Shown one piece after another: positions 11,689 to 22,022 of a DNA stretch of 64,000 bases. Position 1 is the stretch's first letter, and the number at the start of each line of letters is the position of its first letter. The notes beneath the pieces were generated by a model. The model worked only from the letters and a program-made list of their open reading frames with translations, ran no database searches and was not told where the DNA came from. The stretch is from an uncultured cyanobacterium (lineage in GTDB: Bacteria > Cyanobacteriota > Cyanobacteriia > CAKZMO01). The stretch spans positions 128,001 to 192,000 of the forward strand of contig CAVRCJ010000010.1 of NCBI GenBank assembly GCA_963719515.1, written 5' to 3'. The position numbers and the translations under genes were made by a program.

Positions 11689-13002
11689 TCAAAAGCCCCA
11701 GGTGCGGCGGGGGCCAATGTCGAGGTGAATAATATTAGGGAACTTGCTGTAGATGCCCACTCCGCCAGGCCACCACAGCAGGACTTCGTTCGCCACTTCC
11801 CGTCCGCTAAGACCGTCGACGTCAATGTCGGTGGCCATCCCGAACAGGTGATAGCTCTGAGAGGCTCCCCCCACTGCGGCGTTGATGGCAGGAGGACGGT
11901 ACCAAGAGGTGATGAAGAAGGTGCGTCCCAGCTGGTCGCGAGCCTGCTGCAGCTGTCGGGCTAGCTGAATAATATTGTCTACGATATTAACCGACGCGGG
12001 AATTCGGCTGGCTTCTTTAGTGGCCTCCCCCCAAGTGAAGTTGCCGCCGGGAATGATGGGCTGATCGGTGAAGAAGGTGCTGGTGTTACCGGGGAGGCTA
12101 AAGGGAATGCCGTTGAAGCGCGTCGACGTGGATTGGATCGGCTCTGGGGTAGGGATAGGGAAGAGGATCCTCCCCTGGCGCTCAATTTGGGCGTGGCCCT
12201 GGTACACATACCAGGTGTTGAGCCCGCGAATGTAGTCTTTAGGATACTCAAACGCGATCTTGAGATGGCCATTGAAGCGATTGCCCTGAGGATCTCGGTA
12301 GGCGTAAGAGTTTAAGGGCACCAGCGTCCCCTTTTTAATCGCCTGCAGCTTGTCTGGTGAGAGGGTGGAAGCCTGGTCAGGCTCCCGCTTGAGCAGCGTA
12401 TCTTCGGTGATTCTCAGTCGGGGTAAGTTGGGGTTTTCCGTCGGATAGACCACCTTGCCGTCGTACTCGACGTAGGCGTGGCGATCGTATACAAACCAGG
12501 TGCTCAGGTCGTCAATGTAGTCCTGCGGGTAGCGTAGGGATACTTTGATATGGCGGCCAAAGCTGCCCTGAGAGTCGGCGTAGGCGTAGGAATGTAGCGG
12601 GAAGGTTTTTCCCTGGGGAACCGAACTCACCTCATTGGAGGGCAAAATGGAAGCCTGAAGCGGACGACGCTTAAAAACCGTACTGCGCGTCACTTTGAGA
12701 ACCTGTAGCGCTTCTTGATCTTCGTGGGGGTAAACGACGCGACCGCTGATTTCGATTTGGGCGTGCAGGCTGTAGATATACCAGGTGTTGCGTCCCCGGA
12801 TAAATGAATCCTTGAGCGCAAACTTAATGTGGCCGTTAAAGTCTCCTCTAATAGCGTCGGCGTAGGCATAGGACTGAATGTCAAAGGTTGTGCCCGCTGC
12901 TACCTCATGGATCTCTTCTTCAGCCAGCTCAGACACCTGGAGGGGACTAAGTTTAAGGACGGTATTGGCTTTAACCAGGAGAACTTGACGCGCCATGACC
13001 AC
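11689..13002 (-). CDS. Peptidase M15 (D-Ala-D-Ala metallopeptidase-type) protein with three N-terminal ~90-aa repeats
   Basis: C-terminal ITSWYRPP..N..VGGASQSYHLFGMATDI...HLD. Three repeats read T-x-x-K..P.Q.S.L...SYAY.D...HIK...TW..Y..HA..E..G...(Y/F)P. Confidence 0.85.
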   Translation of the reverse strand: MVMARQVLLVKANTVLKLSPLQVSELAEEEIHEVAAGTTFDIQSYAYADAIRGDFNGHIKFALKDSFIRGRNTWYIYSLHAQIEISGRVVYPHEDQEALQVLKVTRSTVFKRRPLQASILPSNEVSSVPQGKTFPLHSYAYADSQGSFGRHIKVSLRYPQDYIDDLSTWFVYDRHAYVEYDGKVVYPTENPNLPRLRITEDTLLKREPDQASTLSPDKLQAIKKGTLVPLNSYAYRDPQGNRFNGHLKIAFEYPKDYIRGLNTWYVYQGHAQIERQGRILFPIPTPEPIQSTSTRFNGIPFSLPGNTSTFFTDQPIIPGGNFTWGEATKEASRIPASVNIVDNIIQLARQLQQARDQLGRTFFITSWYRPPAINAAVGGASQSYHLFGMATDIDVDGLSGREVANEVLLWWPGGVGIYSKFPNIIHLDIGPRRTWGF

Positions 13003-13129
13003 TCCACTCGAATTTCGGCTTTTGTCCTATGATTTTAGGCTAAGCTGTCGCTGCAGAAAGCGAAAAGAGCCTTAAAAGCGAAAAGAATTTGCTCGGCGAT
13101 TGCATTTTGAAGCCGCGTCTCACCTAGCT

Positions 13130-13636
13130 TTAGCTGCTGCGGGCCAAACGCCGCTGTAGATCGCGTAGGTGCATCGCTCGGCTCGCGATGGTGAGCTGGT
13201 TGTCGTCCTGCTGCACATAGACACGCCCTGATAGCAGCTGGCGGAGGGGTGACCTGACATAGACCCTCAGCGGCGAATCGAGGCTGACATCAACCGAGGC
13301 GGAGTCAGCCTCGTCAAGGTGGTAGCCCATTTCGTCTAGGACGCCGTTGACCTGCGCCAGCGACGCGGAGCCGGGCGGAGCAGAGATTGATATGGCTGCA
13401 GTGCGGTTGAAATACCCTCCCAAGCCCCCCGCGACTAGACCGACAGCTAGGCCAAGCTGCTGAGGCAGGCCGGTGCCGAAGCTGAGGTTCAACCCTCGGG
13501 CGGCGACTAGGGTCGCTAAAAGGGTAGCGCTAGTGAAATAGTACAAAAACGTGGCGGTAAAGCCGGGGCCGACGTCTGTGGCTTCTAGCGTCGTCGGGGC
13601 GGTTGACTTGGTCTCAAAACGGGGTGATTTAGTCAT
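13130..13636 (-). CDS. Hypothetical membrane protein
   Basis: Two TM segments (GPGFTATFLYYF...GGYFNRT). ATG 13636 overlaps the upstream stop. Confidence 0.7.
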   Translation of the reverse strand: MTKSPRFETKSTAPTTLEATDVGPGFTATFLYYFTSATLLATLVAARGLNLSFGTGLPQQLGLAVGLVAGGLGGYFNRTAAISISAPPGSASLAQVNGVLDEMGYHLDEADSASVDVSLDSPLRVYVRSPLRQLLSGRVYVQQDDNQLTIASRAMHLRDLQRRLARSS

Positions 13637-14120
13637 TGGCGGGCTCGCTGTCCTCATGACCATTAAATAGCATCAGTGCCTGACGACAGAACCGCTTTAG
13701 CTTTTCCTGTAGCTCGGGCACGGGGGTGGAGTCCCCCAGCACCTGCCACTGGTCGATGGTAGAGAGCTGCCACTGCTTGCCGCGGTGGTCAAATCCGGCG
13801 ATTTCTAGGCCGATGGCTCGGTAGCGATCGCCCAGGCCCTTTCCCTCATCCTTTGCCTCCGCTCCCCCGCTTAGCTCGTCTTGGTAGAGGCGAATCTGTA
13901 CCAGCAGGCTGCGGCCCTGAAGCTTGCGGCTGTAGCCGGGCATGTGAAACCCAATGTCTATAGAATCTGGGTCGACGAGGGCTTGAGTCTCGCTATCATT
14001 GGCCCAAGGCTTGAGGTCGGATCTGGCGTCAGGAAACTCTGATTTGAAGTGGGTGATCACTGCCGCAATTTTACTAGCGGCATCCACAGATTTCGCTTGT
14101 TCAGCAGCGTTCACTGGCAT
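13629..14120 (-). CDS. Hypothetical protein (cyanobacterial type)
   Basis: VNAAEQA...KIAAVI..FK.EFPDARSDLKPW.ND.ET...VDPDSIDIGFH.PG; start at 14120 or GTG 14114. Confidence 0.75.
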   Translation of the reverse strand: MPVNAAEQAKSVDAASKIAAVITHFKSEFPDARSDLKPWANDSETQALVDPDSIDIGFHMPGYSRKLQGRSLLVQIRLYQDELSGGAEAKDEGKGLGDRYRAIGLEIAGFDHRGKQWQLSTIDQWQVLGDSTPVPELQEKLKRFCRQALMLFNGHEDSEPAND

Positions 14121-14339
14121 CCATACTCCGTAGCGGTTATCAGGCCCACTTACCAGCGGTCCGGCCGATAAGCGTTCGACCATTCTAATTCAGTTCCCCA
14201 AACGATTTTGATAGCGGCAGCAACAAACTTAGGTTTGGACCGCAGCCTTTTTCCCTGTGGTTTTATGCGGCTTCCCCACTTCTCAAAAGGGTTTTGGTTT
14301 ATCATCCAGACGTAGGCGCTCCTCGCAACCGTCTGCGGT

Positions 14340-15761
14340 ATGCCCTCTAAATCTCTAAAAACCACCTTCAAACTGCCGTCGCCCAGCTTGGACGAGGCCG
14401 TTGTTTACCTCTCTGAGCGGTTCTTACGCGCGGCGCGGGGGCTGCGCGTGGTTAAATCACCCAGCGAATTTTGCCTGCTCACTTTATGCCGCCCTTTAGT
14501 AGACCGCTGGTTTGGGGGTCAGCTCTCTTACAGGCCGGGGCAGGTCACCCTAGTTTTCCACGACGACGCGCTCTCATCGGCGGCGGATATTTTGATGTAT
14601 GTGCCTGAGCGAGGCGATCGCTTTTTGTACACCAAGCCCCACCTTGATCCCCCTCTTGAGGCCCCGCATGACGCGCCGTCCGATGCCTTCGCTCTAGAGT
14701 CCCTACTCCGCAAATTAGAGCAGCTCGAATCTTTGGTTGCAGCCGCTATCTCTCCGCCCGCAGAGCCGAGTTCAACTGCCCCGAATGACCCAGAGGCCCT
14801 GTTGGGAGCTTTGTCCCAAGCCTTTCAGTCTTCTAGTCGGCCCATGCTCAGCGCTGTGGCCCAGCTCACCGACCGCGTTCAGCGCGTAGAGGCGATGACC
14901 CAAGCCCTTTCTACTCAGCAGCAGGCCCTTGCGCCGCAGCTGCAGCAGATTTTGAGCCAGCTTGTGGCCCTCAGCGACGCGGGCCCCCCCGTGCCGCAAA
15001 CCGATGATGAATGGCGATCGCGCATCGAGGACACTCGGGGGACTGTGGGAGACTACGAGACCTACAGCGCCGCCTACCGAGAGATGCATGGCGATGCCCC
15101 CCTATTCGATACGCCTGACTGGGTCATGCTGTGCGAATTTGACTGGGCACAGCGGCTGTGCCCTACCCTCGCCGATCTGTATAAACTGCTTTATGGTGCC
15201 GATGGTGTTGGCGATGAGGGCGCAGATATCTTGCAGCAGTTCGGGGCTCACTGCCGGGGGGCGGAGCGATATTACCTCTACGAAGAGCGCGGCTACCAGG
15301 CGGAAGCTGCCCTGCAGGAAATTGCTCACCACCCCGACTACGCCTGGCTACCTATCTTGCGTCAGCTTTGGCAAACGCCTAAAGCGTCGGTCCAAGATAT
15401 CCTCGACCTTTTTGGCTGGGAGGCTGCTGCTGTAGCGGCGCTAAAAGACCTTGCCACCCCATCTCGCTACCAAGACGACAACGGTAACTCTGGCCGCAGC
15501 CCATCAGGACGGCCGCCGAGCGACGACTCAGCCCACCGGGAGCAGTGGTCAACTGCGCCTGTAGAACCTTCGCTACAGGACCATCAGGCCCGTCTCAACA
15601 TCGGTCCCTTTGCTCCTCTGACGGCAGAGACGGTCAAACGGGCCTACCGGCGGGAGATGAAAAAAGCCCACCCCGATTCGGGCGGCAGCACACACCAGGC
15701 CCAGCAGGTTAATGAGGCCTACCAGGCAGTGATGCGGCATTATTTCCCGGATAGGATCTAG
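14340..15761 (+). CDS. Protein with a C-terminal J-domain (DnaJ type III-like)
   Basis: C-terminus VKRAYRREMKKAHPDSGGS...QQVNEAYQ with the HPD motif; central coiled coil; rest unrecognised. Confidence 0.75.
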   Translation: MPSKSLKTTFKLPSPSLDEAVVYLSERFLRAARGLRVVKSPSEFCLLTLCRPLVDRWFGGQLSYRPGQVTLVFHDDALSSAADILMYVPERGDRFLYTKPHLDPPLEAPHDAPSDAFALESLLRKLEQLESLVAAAISPPAEPSSTAPNDPEALLGALSQAFQSSSRPMLSAVAQLTDRVQRVEAMTQALSTQQQALAPQLQQILSQLVALSDAGPPVPQTDDEWRSRIEDTRGTVGDYETYSAAYREMHGDAPLFDTPDWVMLCEFDWAQRLCPTLADLYKLLYGADGVGDEGADILQQFGAHCRGAERYYLYEERGYQAEAALQEIAHHPDYAWLPILRQLWQTPKASVQDILDLFGWEAAAVAALKDLATPSRYQDDNGNSGRSPSGRPPSDDSAHREQWSTAPVEPSLQDHQARLNIGPFAPLTAETVKRAYRREMKKAHPDSGGSTHQAQQVNEAYQAVMRHYFPDRI

Positions 15762-15791
15762 GCCATTTTCTAGGGGGTTCCCCCTAGTCGC

Positions 15792-17090
15792 TTAGATAAC
15801 CGTCCCATCGGAGATAACGGCGTTTTTCAGAATCACCGTGACGCCAGTTCTGATGTAGAAGCCCAGCTCCTCTTTGTTGGACTCCTCCACCCGGTCTTTG
15901 TTGATGATCTGTACGTTCTGTCCAATACGAGCGTTTTTGTCGATGATGGCCCGCTGGACAGTTGTGTTAGCCCCAATCCCAAGCGGAACGTTGTCGAGAG
16001 CCGCACGACGAGACTTCTGACTGTCTTCGAACTGCTCGTAGTAGTCTGCACCCATGATCAGTGAGTCACGGATGGTGCAGCCTCCGTCGACACGGCTCCG
16101 AATGCCCAGCACAGAGTGATGAATTTGACAGTCCTTTAGAACACAGCCGTCGCCGATAAGCGATTCGGTGACATGACAATCTAGAAGCTTGGTGGGCGGC
16201 AGGTAGCGAGGACGGGTGTAGATGGGGGCGCTTTCGTCGTAGAAGCTAAAGGCAGGGTGAGGCTGCGCTGTCAACGCCAGGTTGGCGTCGTAGAAAGCCT
16301 CAATGGTTCCAATATCTTCCCAGTAGTCATCAAACAGGAAGGCCTGTACGTTGAGATCCCGGGCGGCGCTCGGAATAATTTCCTTGCCAAAATCGGTTTG
16401 CTCCAGACTTTTCCGCAGCAGGTCTGCCATCACCTCTCGTTTGAAGACATAAATTCCCATGGAGGCGATGTAGGGCTTTTCTTTGGCCTGCTCTGGCGTC
16501 AGTCCCAGGGTTGTGGTGTCTACCTGCATTTCCTTCAGGGCGTCACCCTTGGGCTTTTCCATGAAATTGGTGACGCGACCTGTTTCATCATCGATGCTCA
16601 TCAAGCCGAAGCTTGACGCCCGCTTCTCAGCAATGGGCACTACCGAAATAGTGATGTCGGCGTTGGTGTCGCGGTGTCGCTGCACAAACTCACGATAGTC
16701 CATGCGATAGAGGTGATCTCCGGAGAGAATCAGGTACTCATCTACATCTGCAGATTCCATGAGCCACAGATACTTGCGGACTGCATCCGCCGTGCCCTGA
16801 AACCAGCTCGGATTGTCAGGGGTTTGCTGTGCCGCTAGAATTTCGACGAAGCCATCAGTGAAGCTTGGAAACTCATATGTTCTGGAAATATGTCTGTTGA
16901 GTGAGGCTGAGTTGAACTGAGTCAACACGTAGATTTTGTTGATCTCCGAGTTGATACAGTTGCTCACCGGAATATCGATCAACCGGTACTTTCCTGCTAG
17001 AGGTACGGCTGGCTTCGCTCGCTGTTTCGTCAATGGATAGAGTCGGGTGCCGGCCCCCCCCCCCAGGATAATCCCAAGTACTCTTTTCAA
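15792..17090 (-). CDS. glgC: Glucose-1-phosphate adenylyltransferase
   Basis: [62 protein letters not shown] start. Confidence 0.98.
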   Translation of the reverse strand: MKRVLGIILGGGAGTRLYPLTKQRAKPAVPLAGKYRLIDIPVSNCINSEINKIYVLTQFNSASLNRHISRTYEFPSFTDGFVEILAAQQTPDNPSWFQGTADAVRKYLWLMESADVDEYLILSGDHLYRMDYREFVQRHRDTNADITISVVPIAEKRASSFGLMSIDDETGRVTNFMEKPKGDALKEMQVDTTTLGLTPEQAKEKPYIASMGIYVFKREVMADLLRKSLEQTDFGKEIIPSAARDLNVQAFLFDDYWEDIGTIEAFYDANLALTAQPHPAFSFYDESAPIYTRPRYLPPTKLLDCHVTESLIGDGCVLKDCQIHHSVLGIRSRVDGGCTIRDSLIMGADYYEQFEDSQKSRRAALDNVPLGIGANTTVQRAIIDKNARIGQNVQIINKDRVEESNKEELGFYIRTGVTVILKNAVISDGTVI

Positions 17091-17172
17091 GAGAATCCCC
17101 CGTCACTGCCTGTAGGTGTCACCACCAGTGTCTGATTGAGGGGAGAAGTTTGCAAGGGGAGAGCTAAGGTTT

Positions 17173-17646
17173 TTATAAGGTTTTCTCCACCAAAATGGAC
17201 TGGGGACGGTAGTCAAGCCGTTGATAGAGGCTGCGGGCAGCCCTGTTATCGCAGAATACATGCAGCCCCAGCTTTTGGTAGCCTTGTTGCCTGGCCCAGC
17301 TCTCGGCCTGTGAGAGAAGGGCGGTGCCAAGGCCTCGGCGGCGATATTCTGATATGACGTGGACTAAAAAGATATAGGGATGGCGATCGCCTCTAGCGGG
17401 ATCTACGGTATAGCCCAACCAAAGGCAGCCCACAGGTCCAGGCTGCCCTAGGCTAGTCGCCCACCAGACCCGGTGGTCAGTGCTTAAGTACTGGTCGACA
17501 AAGTTGCCCAGGTCGGCGCTTACTGATTGAGAAAACTGCTCCTCATAGGACCAGGCTAAAAACTGCCTTAGGGCAGCAGGACTAACCTGACTCCCTGGCT
17601 GACAGGTGTAAACCCACGGGGACGGTTGGGAGGAATCCGAGCTCAA
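17173..17646 (-). CDS. GNAT-family N-acetyltransferase
   Basis: V..EYRRRGLGTALL (motif A) and N.AARSLYQRLDY. Confidence 0.85.
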   Translation of the reverse strand: MSSDSSQPSPWVYTCQPGSQVSPAALRQFLAWSYEEQFSQSVSADLGNFVDQYLSTDHRVWWATSLGQPGPVGCLWLGYTVDPARGDRHPYIFLVHVISEYRRRGLGTALLSQAESWARQQGYQKLGLHVFCDNRAARSLYQRLDYRPQSILVEKTL

Positions 17647-17653
17647 CGGGGGC

Positions 17654-17935
17654 CTAGTCTATGGAGAACTGGCCAATGCAGAACTGGCCAATGTAGAACT
17701 GGCCAATGTAGAACTGGCCCAAATGGAATTGACCAATGTAGAACTGACCGAGGTGGAGCGGTTCGCTTCCTTCTACTAGCTTGTCCTGGGAAACTAGCCC
17801 AACGGGCTCGCCTTCAATAGGCGCAGGGGCCGCCATATCACCCGGTAAGAAGGAGCGGGCGCTAGCAGCCACTAAAGCCACTAAAAAGACCACCAGAATT
17901 AAAGCGGGAACAACATATTGACGGAATATAGACAC
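17654..17935 (-). CDS. Small membrane protein with a repeat-derived (H/Y/C)(L/I)GQF tail
   Basis: IFRQYVVPALILVVFLVALVAASARSFLPGDMAAPAPI TM core. Probable GTG start at 17935 (ORF extends to 17983). Confidence 0.6.
   Translation of the reverse strand: MSIFRQYVVPALILVVFLVALVAASARSFLPGDMAAPAPIEGEPVGLVSQDKLVEGSEPLHLGQFYIGQFHLGQFYIGQFYIGQFCIGQFSID
17665..17754. repeat. Tandem 15-bp repeat x6 (AGAACTGGCCAATGT)
   Basis: Six consecutive 15-mers with no spacers, in frame in the small ORF. Confidence 0.9.
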
Positions 17936-18439
17936 GACTCTAGCCTCAAAATACGGTAACGATAGGGTTTTTGGGTTCGTCAAACTGACTTACTGACGTG
18001 CAGACTGTCGCTAATCGAACCCCCCAGAAGGGAGTGAGTGGCTTGGTTACTCGATCTTTTCCCGAATACGGCGAAGTGTTGTGCTATTCGCTACGTAATC
18101 TTGCTTGTGTAGACAACTCTAAGCAATTACTTATGAACTTGAAAAGGATGTACCACTTACTTAACCAAAATACATCTACCGCAATATTCTGCCCTTATCC
18201 TAATCAGCATGCTTGATACGATAGTACATAGACCTGCAGAGTTTTTTGCCAAACTGCGGTCTGCAGTCCTCAGTGCTGAGGGATAGCCCTGTCCTGAGGG
18301 CTGAATCTTCGGTCGTTGCCGGCAGTGCGAAGCCTCTAACTCGCTAAAATGACGACTGTCTCCTACATTTACATCTCAGCATCCTACGTTTCAGCCTTTA
18401 GCTTAGAGTTCTGTTTATCAGTGATTTAGAGTCCGGCCT

Positions 18440-19654
18440 ATGCAGCAGTCTACCCGCTGGAATCCTTGCCGCTTTGTTAAGACGCTCGCCTACTTTGGCG
18501 CTGTCCCTATGCTTGGTGGGGCGGGATGGCTGCAGCAGCTGCTCGGTCTGCCAATGCCCCCTCTAGAGAATGGACTACAGGCAATGACAACAGACCAGAT
18601 TGTGCTCACTGCCGCCGATACCGCCATGGCTGGCCTACTGGATCAAGCGTTGGTTGAGCAGGGCTACCGGGCCTATGCATTGCCTCCCGACCGGCTCCCT
18701 GAGGCGATCGCCCAGCTTCCAGATGAGGTCAGGCGTGAAGTTGTGGGGGCTATTGGTGTAATTTCCTCAAGTGAACTCTCGCCCACGGGGCCGAGTGCGA
18801 TCGCCGACCTGCTGGCCCAGGTGCCACAGCGGCGGGTGATTTTCGACTTTCGTCAGCCTGTAGCCTTAGACTCGCTTTGGGGTCCAGTGGACGATGTGGT
18901 GATGGGGGGGGTGAGCGAGAGCCGCATTGAGAAAGTTGCCACAGGCGCGCTGTTTTCGGGCAGAGTCTCCACCGAAAACTCGGGCGGATTCGCCTCAGTC
19001 CGAACCCGCAACCTCGACCCGCTCGATCTATCGGCCTATGAAGGGATTCAGCTGCGGGTTCGGGGCGACGGCAATCGCTATAAGTTTTTGCTGCGGGACA
19101 GCGATCGCTGGGATGGGGTGGCTTACTCTGCCTCTTTCGATACCGTGCCCAATGATTGGATGACGGTGCAGATTCGATTCGATGAACTAGTGCCCGTATT
19201 TCGCGCCCGCACCCTCGAAGAGTCGGACGGCATTAACCGCCAGTCGGTGCGGGCGTTTCAGGTCATGTTAAGTAAGTTTGAGTATGACGGTGAACTCAAT
19301 CCCCGGTTTGAGCCCGGTCCGTTTGAGCTAGCGATCGAGTCGATTGAAGCGTACGGCGATGCGTCGCGGGCCGTTTGGCTAGCTCCCGGTTTGTCTGCCC
19401 CTCAAGTTCATCTAGAGCTTTCAAGTACGGTACTTCGCGTCGCGGCCATTGGCGATAATGATTCTTCTCTAATCGCGCTGACAGCGTCTGATGAACCTAG
19501 CGGCACCCTCTCCCCTACGCAGGCCGCAGAACTCTGTGTCCGAGCCCTAGAGACCCCTGCGCTGCGCTATCAGACCGTGGCGGTGCGGCTTGGGGTCGGT
19601 CAGCCTTTAGCAAACTGGCAGGGGATTCTGAAGGCTTATGCCCAGCCTGCGTAA
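18440..19654 (+). CDS. CIA30-domain protein (NmrA/HCF173-like) with a degenerate Rossmann region
   Basis: WGPVDDVVMGGVSES, GRVSTENSGGFASVRT, GDGNRYKF, LSKFEYDGELNP; no GxxGxxG. Confidence 0.85.
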   Translation: MQQSTRWNPCRFVKTLAYFGAVPMLGGAGWLQQLLGLPMPPLENGLQAMTTDQIVLTAADTAMAGLLDQALVEQGYRAYALPPDRLPEAIAQLPDEVRREVVGAIGVISSSELSPTGPSAIADLLAQVPQRRVIFDFRQPVALDSLWGPVDDVVMGGVSESRIEKVATGALFSGRVSTENSGGFASVRTRNLDPLDLSAYEGIQLRVRGDGNRYKFLLRDSDRWDGVAYSASFDTVPNDWMTVQIRFDELVPVFRARTLEESDGINRQSVRAFQVMLSKFEYDGELNPRFEPGPFELAIESIEAYGDASRAVWLAPGLSAPQVHLELSSTVLRVAAIGDNDSSLIALTASDEPSGTLSPTQAAELCVRALETPALRYQTVAVRLGVGQPLANWQGILKAYAQPA

Positions 19655-19856
19655 AATACTTTATTGTGCACTTGGTATCTGACGGCAATAGAGCGTATAA
19701 TGAGTTTTCTGAGCAGGTAAAGCTGGGTGATGAGTGCTTGGCCTTGGCGAAATGCCGGGAGTAGGCTGAAAAGCTACTTGAAGTGCCCAATGGTGAGAGG
19801 TAGCCCAAACTTTAACGCAGTATCACGAACGGAGATAGGTATCAGGAACAGCCCGC

Positions 19857-20840
19857 ATGGTGGAACAAGCAGAAAAAGAACAAGACAGCTTAACTAACAT
19901 TGGCTTCACCCACGAAGACTTTGCAGCTTTGCTCGATCAATACGACTATCACTTTAGTCCAGGCGACATTGTCGCCGGGACGGTGTTTAGTCTGGAGCCG
20001 AGGGGCGCACTGATTGATATTGGGGCTAAGACCGCTGCATACATTCCTATTCAGGAAATGTCTATCAACCGCATCGACGGTCCTGAAGAGGTGCTGCAGA
20101 CGGACGAAACGCGTGAGTTTTTCATTCTCACTGACGAGAATGAGGACGGCCAGCTAACGCTGTCAATTCGTCGCATTGAGTACATGCGCGCCTGGGAACG
20201 GGTTCGCCAACTCAAGGCCGAAGATGCGACCGTTCGCTCCGCTGTGTTTGCGACTAACCGAGGGGGTGCGCTGGTTCGCATCGAAGGGCTACGGGGCTTT
20301 ATTCCGGGGTCTCACATTAGCACTCGGAAGCCGAAGGAAGACTTGGTTGCTGAAGAGCTTCCCCTTAAGTTTCTAGAGGTGGACGAAGATCGCAATCGCC
20401 TGGTCCTAAGCCACAGGCGTGCTTTGGTTGAGCGGAAGATGAACCGTCTTGAGGTGGGCGAGGTCGTTATCGGTAACGTTCGCGGCCTTAAACCCTACGG
20501 TGCCTTTATCGACATCGGCGGCGTCAGCGGCTTGCTTCACATCTCAGAAATTTCTCACGATCACATCGACACGCCCCACAGCGTGTTTAACGTGAACGAC
20601 GAGATTAAGGTCATGATTATTGACCTTGATGCGGAGCGGGGCCGGATTTCCCTATCGACGAAGCAGCTTGAGCCTGAGCCTGGCGACATGGTCAAGAACC
20701 CAGATTTGGTCTATGACAAGGCCGAAGAGATGGCTGAAAAGTACCGCGAGCGGGTGCTGCAGCAGTCTCAGGGTTCTGATCTCAACGGAGCCTCAAGTGA
20801 AGATGAGAGCGTTGATGAGGCTGTTGCAGTTCCGGAGTAA
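19857..20840 (+). CDS. rps1: 30S ribosomal protein S1 (three S1 domains)
   Basis: IGFTHEDFAALLDQYDYHFSPGDIVAGTVF, IRRIEYMRAWERVRQL, GLLHISEISH. Confidence 0.97.
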   Translation: MVEQAEKEQDSLTNIGFTHEDFAALLDQYDYHFSPGDIVAGTVFSLEPRGALIDIGAKTAAYIPIQEMSINRIDGPEEVLQTDETREFFILTDENEDGQLTLSIRRIEYMRAWERVRQLKAEDATVRSAVFATNRGGALVRIEGLRGFIPGSHISTRKPKEDLVAEELPLKFLEVDEDRNRLVLSHRRALVERKMNRLEVGEVVIGNVRGLKPYGAFIDIGGVSGLLHISEISHDHIDTPHSVFNVNDEIKVMIIDLDAERGRISLSTKQLEPEPGDMVKNPDLVYDKAEEMAEKYRERVLQQSQGSDLNGASSEDESVDEAVAVPE

Positions 20841-21044
20841 ACTGCTAACGAAACAGCCTGCCAATGGAACTCGCTATATCAGCAACCTGCTAGCGCAATA
20901 GCCTGCTGGTATAGCGGACTAGCTGCTCGCACAGTGCGCTATAGGGCGCTCGCCTTTGAGAGGCTGTTGCGCCCGAGCAGCTACAGGTTCAAGACGTTTG
21001 CTGTCTTGTCTAAGAGATTGTTTGACGTCTATGGAGCTTCAGCC

Positions 21045-21833
21045 GTGATTTCGGTTCGCTGCGACCAACATAAATTTGACGATATTCGTGCCGTTCTGTT
21101 TGACAAGGACGGCACGCTTGCTGATTCCGGAAATTTTTTAGCCCGGCTGGGTCGTCGCCGGGCCCGGCTGATCGACGCGCGTATTCCCGGGGTGCAAGAG
21201 CCGTTGCTCATGGCAATGGGAATATCGGATGATGGCACTGATCCTGCTGGGCTGATGGCGGTGAGTAGCCGTTGGGAAACTGAGGTTGCCGCTGCGGCCT
21301 ACGTGGCTGAGACGGGGCGAGGCTGGCGTGAGGCTTTGACTATTGTCAGCGCCAGTTTTGCAGAAGCAGACGCTGATTGGGGGGGCAAGGCAGCCCATAC
21401 CCCTCCCTTTGGAGATGTTTCGGCCTGTCTGCAGCATTTGCGCAAGTCGGGGCTTAAGCTCGGCATCGCTTCCGCAGACACGTCGGACAACGTTAGGGAA
21501 TTTGTTGAGCATTACGGGCTGTCCTCATACTTTGACCTAGTGCTGGGAAGTGATCTGCCGCTGGGAAGTGAGGGGCAGCTGCCTACTTTTGACGGCGATC
21601 GCCAGGCGGTCAAACCAGAGGCGGCATTTTTGGAAAAGGCCTGCGACCTCTTGAAAGTAGCGCCGTCGCAGCTGCTCGTCGTTGGAGATTCGCTGGCTGA
21701 CGTCGAACTGGCGCGTCAGGCAGATACGGCAGGCTGCATTTTGATCGATCGAGGCGGGGCCGATAGTGAAGCGATCGCCGCCGCCGCCGTGACCTTACCG
21801 ACGCTGACAGCGCTGCAGGCTCACCTGAGCTAA
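21045..21833 (+). CDS. HAD-family hydrolase
   Basis: FDKDGTL (motif I), KP, VGDS..D; probable GTG start at 21045. Confidence 0.85.
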   Translation: MISVRCDQHKFDDIRAVLFDKDGTLADSGNFLARLGRRRARLIDARIPGVQEPLLMAMGISDDGTDPAGLMAVSSRWETEVAAAAYVAETGRGWREALTIVSASFAEADADWGGKAAHTPPFGDVSACLQHLRKSGLKLGIASADTSDNVREFVEHYGLSSYFDLVLGSDLPLGSEGQLPTFDGDRQAVKPEAAFLEKACDLLKVAPSQLLVVGDSLADVELARQADTAGCILIDRGGADSEAIAAAAVTLPTLTALQAHLS

Positions 21834-22022
21834 ACGCTACGCTAGACTTCAGTTACAGCCCCGCATTCCTACAGCGCTAAAGCGATTAAGTGCTAGGCGA
21901 TTTATTTTCAGAGCCACGACCGGGTAGAATCAGTCAAGAATAGCGCCAGCGGTATAAGCCGTTGGGCCGATATCCGTCACGTTCGAGACTGTAAACCTTA
22001 AGTAAACTGTGAGGCCGTTTCC

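Noticed and set aside
17665..17754. Possible CRISPR array (also 41929-42021, 8371-8418 and 4694-4735)
   Set aside because: Units are 14-16 bp and directly adjacent with no unique spacers, and there are no cas genes.
20841..21044. Branched hairpins after rps1 (similar ones after psaC and at 6070-6222) as separate ncRNAs
   Set aside because: They have no promoter or family signature. 3'UTR/intercistronic stabilising structures, or chance pairing in GC-rich DNA, explain them adequately.
21834..22022. SAM or SAH riboswitch upstream of metK (or ahcY, 7639-7900)
   Set aside because: No SAM-I or SAH consensus is visible. metK and ahcY are 14 kb apart and not an operon.
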